Source: Chara braunii
Lineage: Eukaryota > Plantae > Charophyceae
Length of the DNA: 64,000 nt
Assembly (NCBI GenBank): GCA_003427395.1
Contig: BFEA01000015.1
Coordinates: 6,154,978-6,218,977 of the forward strand
Direction: 5' to 3'
Shown piece by piece: positions 1 to 10,279 of this stretch. The notes beneath the pieces were generated by a model, which was given only the letters and a program-made list of their open reading frames with translations, made no database searches and had not been told where the DNA came from. Position numbers and translations under genes: made by a program. The number at the start of each line of letters is the position of its first letter. Within the stretch, counting starts at the first letter, position 1.

Positions 1-22
1 TGCCTAAATCGATGCATTCAAT

Positions 23-1113
23 TTGAAAGCGACCGGGTTACTGAAGGATAGTATGAGGGAAGTTGACAAGTGGGTTGTTGAATGGATACTGGAATGGTAT
101 CAGGCGAAAGGGAAAACTATGGTAACGGTGAAGAGACGAGGAAAAGGATTATCCTTTGCACAAAAGGATGGGTTGGATACTTGGATGAGAGTTGGGTTCG
201 ATGAAATCCGAGCAATGGTGGATTTTGAGCTTAAACATACCTACGTCGTTGCCTCGGGGAGGTTGATCAAGCAACAGGTTGGCATACCAATGGGGAAGAA
301 CGACCATTTCGTCAAAATCGACATTTTTTATTTTTTGAACGAAATTGAAACTGAGTTTTTTGGCCGAAAACTTGTCAAAATTTGCTGTTCTTGAGGGTCC
401 AGCGTTTGTAAAACGATGGACCCTCAGGAACAACAATTTTTGACGAGTTTTCGGCAAAAAAACTCAGTTTCAATTTCGTTCAAAAAATAAAAGATGTCCA
501 TTTTGACAAAATGGCAGTTGAAGAGCAGTAGTCCCCCATTGGCATGCATCTTGTGTGCTATGAATGAATGCATATTTTTGAGAAGTTTGGGGAAGGATCG
601 GAACTTGGTCAGAGGTGTGAGATTGATGGATGATGTGAGTATTTCACTTGGTGTCCGGAGAGGAATGGGGAACGACAGAAGAAGGAGATCATGAGTCGGT
701 TTGACCATGCGTACGATGAACAATTAACTCTGAAGAGAACGGATGATGGGATGGGCAGCTGGGAATTTCTGGGGACTAAGGTTGAAATACGGAATAACAA
801 AGTGACTTGTCAGATGTTTCCTAAGAACATGGAGTCTGTTTGGGCGGAAGGAGATTTTACTTTTCGTACGCTACAGGACTTTGACTCGTATTCATCTGCA
901 CGACAGAAGAAAGCAGTGATTACGAGCACATTGTATCGAATTCTGCAGATGACTTCGAATGACGATTTGGCGGGACTGGGGCTAATTACACTGAAACGAC
1001 AACTGTGTCTGCAGAACTATCCAGGGAAGATGTTTAATGACTGCCTGTGGAAGTTCATTAAGGAAAAATCCCCCACTTGGGAAAAGTGGGGGAACAGTCT
1101 ATGTAGCTGGTAA
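23..1113 (+). pseudogene. Penelope-like retroelement reverse transcriptase, C-terminal part (5' part outside window), split by a MITE and frameshifted
   Basis: Motifs QQVGIPMG[K]..SSSPPLA, RLMDD, WEFLG and the thumb segment DSYSSARQKKAVITSTLYR are spread over ORFs 23-394, 494-694 and 691-1113. Confidence 0.8.
299..519. mobile_element. 221-bp fold-back MITE with 4-bp TSD GAAG
   Basis: Whole element is an imperfect palindrome (aacgaccatttcgtcaaaat...attttgacaaaatggcagtt). GAAG lies at 295-298 and 520-523. Removing the element restores GIPMGKSSSPPLA. Confidence 0.9.
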
Positions 1114-2366
1114 TATAAAGGATTGGTACCAGCGTTGTCTAGAACAGTGGGCCCGGTGGCCTGGTAAATAACGACTTCATAACTAAGGGACCAAGGAAGG
1201 GTACGGTCCTAGGAGTAGTACCCGACAGGAACTTTCAAGACGCGGGACTAGACTCGGTCGGAAAAAACTTTTCGGACTGAAGCGCTGTGACGCCCCAACC
1301 TCACGCCCAGCGCGACTTCCTGATCGAAGTGGAATGTGGGCCTGGAAGTGCGAAAAGGGGTGTGCCAAGGATTTCTGGGAAAGTGGGGGAGTCTTAGGGG
1401 TATGAATGCAATTAGGTGAATAAGGGGCGCGTGCGCAAGGGACTCAAGGCCNNNNNNNNNNNNNNNNNNNNNNNNNNNNNNNNNNNNNNNNNNNNNNNNN
1501 NNNNNNNNNNNNNNNNNNNNNNNNNNNNNNNNNNNNNNNNNNNNNNNNNNNNNNNNNNNNNNNNNNNNNNNNNNNNNNNNNNNNNNNNNNNNNNNNNNNN
1601 NNNNNNNNNNNNNNNNNNNNNNNNNNNNNNNNNNNNNNNNNNNNNNNNNNNNNNNNNNNNNNNNNNNNNNNNNNNNNNNNNNNNNNNNNNNNNNNNNNNN
1701 NNNNNNNNNNNNNNNNNNNNNNNNNNNNNNNNNNNNNNNNNNNNNNNNNNNNNNNNNNNNNNNNNNNNNNNNNNNNNNNNNNNNNNNNNNNNNNNNNNNN
1801 NNNNNNNNNNNNNNNNNNNNNNNNNNNNNNNNNNNNNNNNNNNNNNNNNNNNNNNNNNNNNNNNNNNNNNNNNNNNNNNNNNNNNNNNNNNNNNNNNNNN
1901 NNNNNNNNNNNNNNNNNNNNNNNNNNNNNNNNNNNNNNNNNNNNNNNNNNNNNNNNNNNNNNNNNNNNNNNNNNNNNNNNNNNNNNNNNNNNNNNNNNNN
2001 NNNNNNNNNNNNNNNNNNNNNNNNNNNNNNNNNNNNNNNNNNNNNNNNNNNNNNNNNNNNNNNNNNNNNNNNNNNNNNNNNNNNNNNNNNNNNNNNNNNN
2101 NNNNNNNNNNNNNNNNNNNNNNNNNNNNNNNNNNNNNNNNNNNNNNNNNNNNNNNNNNNNNNNNNNNNNNNNNNNNNNNNNNNNNNNNNNNNNNNNNNNN
2201 NNNNNNNNNNNNNNNNNNNNNNNNNNAGAACAAAATCGCTACCGGGGCCAAATTCCTATCCCATTTACAACTGCATCAGGTGCAGGCAAAGATTCGACAG
2301 AAAGATAAACGATTAATCATGACATCCATACATCCGCTTACTCAACAACATACACATAATGCAATC

Positions 2367-2934
2367 AAGGAGCTTCTACATATTCCATTCCTTGAAATGC
2401 AGTAAAAACTAAAGCTAGAATAATAGTGGCTAATATGTCATAAAGGGCTTGTTATTTTAAACCAGCTAATATAGCATGATGAACCCAAGTTACAGCAGCT
2501 CCAGATGAAAGTAGAATAAGAGTATTTAGAAAGGGGATTCCCCAAGGATCTAACACATCAATACCTTTTGGAGGCCAAATAACTCCTATTTCTACGGTAG
2601 GCGCCAGTCTTGAATGAAAGAAAGCCCAAAAAAAAGCTACAAAAAAAATTACTTCTGACACAATGAACACAATCATACCATAACGAAGTTCCACTTGAAC
2701 CACTGATGTATGATATCCTTCGTAGGTGGATTCACGTATTACATCACGCCACCATACAAACATGGTATACAAAATCATTCCTAAACCTAAACTAAGGCAC
2801 AACGTACCTCCTGTATAAGAATGCATGTACATAACACCACCAATGGTACTTGCCAAAGCTCCCAGTGAACCAAGAATAGGCCATGGACTTGGATCAACTA
2901 AATGATAAGGATGCTTTTGAGAACTCATACTCAT
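2367..2934 (-). pseudogene. cox3: Mitochondrial cytochrome c oxidase subunit 3 fragment
   Basis: [14 protein letters not shown]...WWRDVIRE...[17 protein letters not shown]; in-frame TAA at 2452-2454, then QALYDILATIILALVFTAFQGMEYVEAP. Confidence 0.97.
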
Positions 2935-2953
2935 TGCTTCGCTCCTTTGTTTT

Positions 2954-3030
2954 TTAGTATAATTTATTAGACACCCAATAAACATAATCATTGAAAGAGA
3001 CAACTTCCACTACAATAGGCATAAAGGCAT
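2954..3030 (-). pseudogene. cox2: Mitochondrial cox2 3' end
   Basis: Manual translation [25 protein letters not shown], directly upstream of cox3. Confidence 0.9.
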
Positions 3031-3032
3031 GA

Positions 3033-3113
3033 GGTCTTATTATAACCAAGATTAGCGATGTAACTCCAACGCCACATAACGGATGTCGTCCTCCTAAGAA
3101 ACGTCGCGTATAA
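3033..3113 (+). pseudogene. rps11: Mitochondrial rps11 3' end
   Basis: Manual translation GLIITKISDVTPTPHNGCRPPKKRRV*. Confidence 0.92.
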
Positions 3114-3261
3114 TATTATATCATCGCTTCTGAGGATTGGCAGAGGCACGAACGAAGGAAGTGCTGGCGAGCCTCTGCCGCATTGATTTTGACAAAATCG
3201 GCGATTTGGGTAATCAACGATAAATGGTCTTTGTTTTGATACAAACAAAAAGAAGATGGCT

Positions 3262-3406
3262 ATGTTAGAAGGTGCAAAATTAATTGGAGCGGGCTGTGCA
3301 ACAATTGCATTAGCTGGAGCCGGTGTAGGTATTGGAAACATGTTTAGTTCTTTGATTCATTCTGTTGCACGAAATCCTTCATTGGCGAAGCAACTATTTG
3401 GTTATG
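3262..3406 (+). pseudogene. atp9: Mitochondrial atp9 exon 1 (145 nt) followed by a group II intron 5' end
   Basis: [26 protein letters not shown]...[13 protein letters not shown]; GTGCG intron 5' consensus starts at 3407. Confidence 0.95.
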
Positions 3407-3948
3407 GTGCGCCATGCGTAAGAGGACACCTGAAGTGTTGCGCCCTCGTCGACATATTATCTGGCTTACAGTGGGTAGAACGCAAAGTAAGATAAGCGAT
3501 TGATTACATAATCGAGCAAAGAAGGAAATAAAACTTATGCTCCGTGAGGTTTCAGTAAGCTAGAGCAATCAATGAATTCAATCCCACCGGGCCATCGTCA
3601 ATTTTCAATTCCCATTAGCGNAGGGTTCAGTCTAGATAAGAGCTGGGATGGTTGGATTTGGCCGGCGGCGTATTATCTTGTTTACTTACCCACTCTCTAG
3701 ACTCAATTATATCTAGAGAGAGAAAGAAGAAAGTCCATCTCTCATTTCTCAATCACAAGAGATGAAGATAAAGTCCAAAAAACATCCTGAGGTTCGAATA
3801 TGAGCCTCGTAATCTCGCTATGTGCTGGAACACCGCGGAAGGTACGAAGTACGAAGTCCTTCTTCGCTTAGATTTCTAAGCGAATGCCATACATTGGGAC
3901 AAGTAGGTTATCAGCAGGAAACCACAAAAAAGAACCAACGACCCAATA

Positions 3949-4028
3949 GATAGGGTAAGCAGTGTGTGTAATCTGACTAAGTTTCCCTCCGAACCGTGCG
4001 TGCAAGATTTCCAAGCACACGGCTCTCC
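3949..4028 (-). ncRNA. Group II intron domains V-VI fragment
   Basis: Minus strand reads GAGCCGTGTGCTTGGAAATCTTGCACGCACGGTTCGGAGGG...ACCCTAT (domain V consensus and AY end). Confidence 0.85.
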
Positions 4029-4165
4029 ATCAGTTTGGCAAGACTACTGACTGTTTCTCTTCCATTTTCATGTACTATGGAAACTTTGACGCCACACTTC
4101 GTGCCGGCACACGGACAAAAAAGTTGAAGGCGTTCCCGAATTTTCTTGGTAGAGGCAACTTCGTT

Positions 4166-4288
4166 GGGGTCTTACCGTCTAGTCACTGGTACTCCGCATC
4201 TTCACGGAGAATTCAATTTCACTGAGCCCATGTTGGAGACAGCAGGGCAGTCGTTACACCATTCGTGCAGGTCGCTACTTATGCGACA
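4166..4288 (-). rRNA. rnl: Mitochondrial LSU rRNA fragment (NUMT, non-functional)
   Basis: Reverse complement of a conserved LSU segment: catcttcacggagaattcaatttcact...ttacaccattcgtgcaggtcg. Confidence 0.9.
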
Positions 4289-4333
4289 CAATTATGTTAA
4301 TTGAAATAAACTTCGAACATTATTTCAACCGAA

Positions 4334-4543
4334 GCCTTTGCAATATTTTTGTCCATTTTTGTTTTTTATGCACCTAACGTATTGGCACATCCTGACAATT
4401 ACATACCTGCGAATCCTATGTCAACTCCAGCTCACATAGTGCCAGAATAATATTTTTTACCTATTTATGCAATTCTTCGTAGTATACCGAATAAATTAGG
4501 AGGTGTTGCTGCAATAGGTCTTGTCTTTGTTTCACTATTTGCT
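4334..4543 (+). pseudogene. cob: Mitochondrial apocytochrome b fragment
   Basis: [39 protein letters not shown]; the PEWY Trp codon is now TAA. Confidence 0.95.
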
Positions 4544-6855
4544 TCTCTCACGGAGGTCCTTAGTTAGCGACTGTAAGTAAGCCTGCAGAGGCTTGGCAAC
4601 TGCGACCTGGATGGATACCATATGAATTATCAATCAAATCTGTGTTCTCCATAGGACCCTTTGTGATGTCTGGCATCAATCACTACTATGGTCCCTCCAT
4701 CGCCCCCAGTGTTTGCACTTTCGGGCGATCCTGAATTCCAACCAATTGCGAACTTGGGATCCTTAGGTGTCCCCACATCTTGGATCTGCTGCCTGCAGAC
4801 AGTCTGNACGCTTTCTCCTGTGCGAACCCTCTACGTCCGAGTTCGTTACCGTTGACAGAAGTGGATTGCATTTCAAGGAATGGAATATGTAGAAGCTCGA
4901 GACGGAAATCGCAAGGACAAGTGTGAGCAAAACCCCAAGTCCAGATTCCAGAAAGGCGAAACGAAAATAAGAACGGGCAAACCGCCCGGAGCCGCAATCA
5001 AAATTTGTATACACAGATAGGGAGGGGGAAGAGACAAAGAAACCACAAATCCGCGTCCATCGACCTCAACTCTCTCCTCCTCTCTCTCTTCTCTGATGTG
5101 GACAGTCCGTCGTCACGCACCAACCCACGAACTTCAAGTCGTCACCCCGCTTAGTCCTCCCACACCCGTCACATTCGCCCGTGCCCACAGTCCGTCGTGG
5201 CCCACGTCAATCCCGCACGTTTGGCATCAGCCCGTCAGGTCACCCAACTCCTACTCGACTCACCTCTTACTTCACTTGTGTGTCGATCCTTCCTGATCGC
5301 GCGACCCCGAGCTTCCAACAACGGGTTAAGAGAGCTAACTAATCGCGCAGCCGGAATTTATAACGTGCATGCATGCGCAAAGAACACGGAATTACAAGGA
5401 CTTAGAAGAGGGGATGGGGGAGGAGTTTGCCTGCGTCTGCATGGTCGGCTCGTGGCGTGGGGGACGTAGCCGCTCTCCACGCATCGATCCGATCATGCAG
5501 ACCACGGCTACCAAAAGTGCAGTGAAAGAAGGAGAAGGAGGGCGAGAGAAACAAGTTGCAAGAAGAAAGATACAGTTACAATGGCGCCCGCCCAAAATTA
5601 CAGTTACACACACGATTAAGGGCGCCTACTAATTGAAGTACTGTTGCAGCCGCATGAAGATGCGCGTAGACAAAAGGCGACGCGCGGCAAGAAAAATCCT
5701 AATTACTGAATTCTTGAATTCTTATCTAATGTGAAGGAGCAAAAAGCACGAACTTCAGGGGGAAAGTCCGAAATTCTGAGAGCCATCGGGGCTCGACAAA
5801 ATTCGAAAAAGACTCAAAAGAAAATTCAAAAAGAACGAAGCAGATTCCCGCACGATGTCCACACCCAAAAGGTCGAAACTGAAATGAAAGAAACGTCGTC
5901 AACATTTATTAATCGCTCGCGAGGTGGCGCGCCAGCCATCCCGCCGACCAATCAATCAACCGGCCATCCCAGGACACACCCAGCTCCGAACCCAGCCATT
6001 CGGCGAAAGAGACGAAAAAGCAAGGACACTGATGCAATTTTCCACCGATCCCGATCTCCCGCAATTGGTCCAACCTTCCCAGCTTAGGACCCCTCGTTGC
6101 AACCGCGCAAAAAGTCGCGCATTACAGAAAGTGGTTCGTCACATATGTGACGCCCAGGGGGTTCCAAAATTAGCAAGCTCCTGCTTGCTTGTCGACACGT
6201 GTCAATTTCTCTAATCGATCGACACGCGGAGCTCGTGCCACCTACCGTATGAACGAGTGTGGATGTCTTCTAGTGTGACAGATACAGCTCTAGCTACTAA
6301 CTCCTCAGGAAAGGCCCTTGACAATCCAAGGAGGGGATTACGCGTCGTCACCTGGACACGTGTCAATCAACCATGCATCAGTGACCGCAGGGGAGGGGAA
6401 AAGGAAGCCGGTACATAGCGGCATGGCGGGGTGGAGGGTTTATGGGTAGCGGGGGCAGGAGACTTTCCATTCCGGCCACAGTCTCCGGGAGCTTTTGATA
6501 AGGAACAATGCGATGAAAACGGGGGAATCGGTTGCCAGTGCGAGGGAGGGATGCAAGATAGTCGGGATAGAGGGTGGTGAGAGTTCGGAAGAGTGCCGCG
6601 CGGAAGCGATCGCGGTCTTCGCATGCGGGGATGGTCCCCGTTATCACGCAATAAACCTCGATCATATTGTGGCCTCGCCACGCGGCACTAAGGAGTAAGA
6701 CATGGAGGCAGAAGGCCGGGACGACGCATCGGATGGAGAGGTGGGGATGCACTACTATAGCGAGGCGAGCAGCGTAGAAGTGGTGAAAGGTGCCGCGAGG
6801 GAACGGATTGGAGGGGAACGTGACGGGGGTGGTGAGTTGGCGGAGGGTGAGGTAA

Positions 6856-8444
6856 TCAAGGGGACGGCGGGAGAGTGATCGGGGACGAAGGCCAATCGCC
6901 CGTATCGGTACGTCGACGAACTGGGGGACGGGTTGGGGAGGAGGGGGATCGGCTCCGTCGCCACGCTGATGGGGTCGGAGTCGTGGCCGCGAGGTCGCCA
7001 TCTTCAAGTCGGGACGGCTCCGGATCTCGGTTTGGGTCGTCGTGGATGTGCAGACTCGCCGCGCTCGCGAGTTCTAACTCCTTCTTCCCGGCCGTGATCT
7101 CTTCTCTTTTGCGGGCCGCCTCGGGATCTTCAGCCTCTGTGCCCGTACGCAGTGCTTCTTCCGGCACAACTTCCCACTCCGATCCAGCAGGCCTCTCTTC
7201 GTGCTCCTCTTCTCCTTCCTCGTCTTCTTCTTCTTCTTCGCTCTGTTCCCCCTCGCTATGCTCGCTATAGCTTCCTTCTTCGGGGGTTTCGTCCTCTTCG
7301 CCGAGCACTTTGTCGCTATCCCCGCCTTCTTCCCGCGCGTTTTCTCCTTCGTCACTCCAGGTGCTCTCTTCTTCCTCCTCTTCTTCTCGGATGGCAGCAA
7401 ACTGCTCCGCTGTAGGGTACCTAAAGAAGGCAGGATCGAGAGCCGTCCAGGGATCCAAATATTGTTGCTGCGACGGCGGGATGCGTTCTGCGGCTCCCTC
7501 TACGCAAGCCGACCACTGAAGGTAAGGTGTCAATGTGCGAGAGAGCACGTGGGGAACCGGATGCTCGTCGTCTTGGGCGACGATGTCGAGAGGGAGATCA
7601 TCCGCCAGCTGCGCTACAGGGATCGTGAGCTCTTGCGCGATAAGTTCCCGATGACCGGGCCGCACTGTTCCAAATAAAAACGTGAGAAGCTCTCCCTCCA
7701 TGCTGGTGCGCCGGGCCTGGATAAACAACAACTCCAGACGCTCTATGCGAGGTGGGTGCGCTCCGTCCTTGGTCCACGTCAGCCGCACCTCGATCAAACA
7801 CAATGAAAGCTCGACGAAATCCTAGGGCCACAAGGACCAATGGGGAGGATGAAGAGGGGGGGCAGTAAGAGGCTTTAGGCAATAGGAAAGGCGAGGATGG
7901 ACGTCAGACTGCCAGAAGGTGGGAAAGGTGGAGGAGAGATTAAAAACAGAGATCGGGGAGGGACTCATTGGGGACGCGGAAAGGGAACGAGGGCGGGAAG
8001 CTCCACCTGCGGATCGCGCTGATACATCCGAAGGCCGTCGTACTCGATTGCCCGTGATGGCACAATCGTGTCCCCATGGCGAGCCAGAAACTGAGTCCAC
8101 TCGGCGACCAGATCGTTCGCCCACATATGCAGTGATGCCTTCACCGTCGAATGTCGTAAGGGGAGGAGCGTGGAGAGATCGCCGCTGAAGTTGACGACGA
8201 CTGATATGCGACTGACACCTGGCGCCGCTCGCTGATGAACTACTACAGCCTCGGCTAGTACCACCGCATCAGCCCTGCCTTCGATCCTGAACACCGCTGC
8301 TGCATACACGCCCTCCGTGCAGAAGAAGTGCGCGAGCCGCCGAAGATCTGGATTGAGGCGGGGGTGATGGACTTGTCGAATCATCAGTCGATTATGGGGC
8401 ACAAGCAATGCTTCGCTAAGGGCTCTCTCCTCCAGAAAACTCAT
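6856..8444 (-). CDS. Additional sense ORFs downstream of pol (7965-8444 and acidic 6856-7803), unknown function
   Basis: ORF track shows 159 aa and 315 aa ORFs; the second has an E-rich tract. Both lie between integrase and the 3' LTR. Confidence 0.45.
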
Positions 8445-10064
8445 GGCGATGGCGAAGGTGACGGGGTGGTAGAGAGGGAGGGAGAAGAAGAGGGAGATGC
8501 CGGAGAGATAAGATCGCCGTCGTCGGCTTCCTCTGAGGGAGAGGCCGATGGAGAAGGAGATGGAGCGGAGGGGAGGAGGCGAAGATAGGACACGTGGTGC
8601 GTGATCGGACGAGCCGATCGACTGCTGGAGACCTCAAGAGCGAGACGCACGGTGTCCATGCCGTTAGGCCCGAGTTCGATCACGCGATATCGCCCGAAGA
8701 ATCGTGGCGCTAGCTTACCCTGGCGAGCACATTTCCTTACCTGCACCACGTCCCCTAATTTGTACTGGGTCCGTGGACCCGCGTTCCCATTTCGGGCCTC
8801 ATAGCTACAGACTTGTCGGTCTTGGGCCAATTGGGTCATTCTTTGTCGTTTTTCGGGCTAGCCTGGGCAGGGACTGTTCCATTAACTCTAAGTGTCGTTT
8901 GGCCTTGTCCTGAGTCGTGGCCCTGGTGGGCCGTCGGCTCAGTGAGGATTCATCTGGGAGGCTTGGTATCAAAACACAAGCGACGCTATTAGTCCTTAAT
9001 TGGAAGGGGCTCAACCCTGTTGATTAGTGGGGCGTTCCGCGATGGACCGCCAGGATGTGGTCGACGATGTCGGGCCAGGGCCTCGGATCCCGTGCCGCGA
9101 AGTTTCGTCGCAATGCTGTCTTTATCATTCGGTTGGCGTTTTCTACCAGCCCATTGAATTGCGACATATGGGGTGCAGTATTCCGTATGGCAACACCATG
9201 TAGGACCAGATTCCTTAGCACTTCTCCCCTGAATTCAGCCCCGTTGTCGGTCAGGATCTCTTCTGTATGCTGGTGCATCCCAAGGAAACGGTTGACGTGT
9301 CGTGCGATTTTTGTGGCTTGCCGCGTGCGACAAGGGTACGGCTCGATCCATTTCGATAAATGGTCGACAAATACCAATAGGACTGAATATTCATAACTAT
9401 TAGGGCCAGGGGGCACCACTATGTCGGTAGTGTCCATGCTGACTCTTTGAAATGGCCGTTCAACTACCGTTGGCACTATCGACCTTGGCGGCTGAATCGG
9501 CGCTTTATCAGCGGCACAGACTTGACAGTTGGCGACGATATATTTCACATCGTCGCGGATATTGGACAAGTACCACTCATTTTTGTCGATAGTGGACTCC
9601 ATGATTCGCACGGCGAAATGATTCCCAATTTCTTCGTGCGCTGTCTTAACCCAGTCATACCGCATAAACGGATACGGCACAACCATCCAAATCCCACAGC
9701 CATCCGTCTTCCGTTTTTCCAACCTACCTTCTACCCATCGATAATCTCGAGCCCTTTCGTTGGCCCTCCTCCGATCTTCCTTGGTGAAATCCTGGAGGGG
9801 GTTACCTACTAGGGTGGCAATTAAAGCAATGTTTGTCCAAACTTCGACCCTTCTAAACTTCCGGATCTTCTCCATTCCTTCTAACGTGGCATCCAAAAAG
9901 CGAGCCTCGGTCGGAATCTTGTCAGTCCGACACAAGGGGCACAACCACGGTTTACTATTGTTTCTGTATTGGATGCACGAGCCATGGGCTCGTGCGACAC
10001 ACTGTCGACAATCTATCCAGTCCACATACCCTTCTCCGTTGGGACGCATGGGGACGAAATACAC
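8441..10064 (-). pseudogene. PHD finger plus Gypsy integrase, frameshifted
   Basis: WIDCRQC..AHGSC..WLCPLC; HHCC zinc finger (AHEEIGNHF...CQVC); catalytic D,D,E in VSMDT, LTDNGAEF, NGLVENAN; C-terminal KLAPRFFGRYRV (GPY/F-like). Confidence 0.9.
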
Positions 10065-10279
10065 GTGGGAAATTGCTTAACAAAAATAACAAAATTTCTC
10101 AGGAAGGGAGAGGACAGACGAGGAAGAGAGGGGGGAAAGAGGGGTAGTGGGGTTACCTCCATCACCCATTGCCATCACCCTGCTTTTTGCCACGTGGAAA
10201 AACTGCCACTTGTCCGTATTTCGGCTCGTTTGTGAATTCCGGTTCCTTCCACGGTGTGATTTCCTCGCCCTTCGACACT

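Larger units (their letters stand above)
2367..4898. other. Mosaic nuclear insertion of mitochondrial DNA (NUMT) inside the 3' LTR
   Basis: Absent from the sister LTR (empty site gcaatc|gagac near 15248). Contains several mitochondrial gene pieces in mixed orientations. Confidence 0.93.
1286..6143 (-). repeat. 3' LTR (about 2.3 kb without the NUMT, contains a gap)
   Basis: Termini TGTGACG (1286) and CGTCACA (6143); direct repeat of 14035-16380. Confidence 0.8.

Noticed and set aside
2367-4543. Functional mitochondrial genes or a mitochondrial contig
   Set aside because: Fragments are truncated, contain stops, are scrambled and sit inside a nuclear LTR.
2370-4898. PIF/Harbinger-type Pack element with 32-bp TIR and 3-bp TSD
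   Set aside because: The 'TIR' is cox3 coding sequence and the left 'TSD' continues cox3; there is no evidence of mobility.
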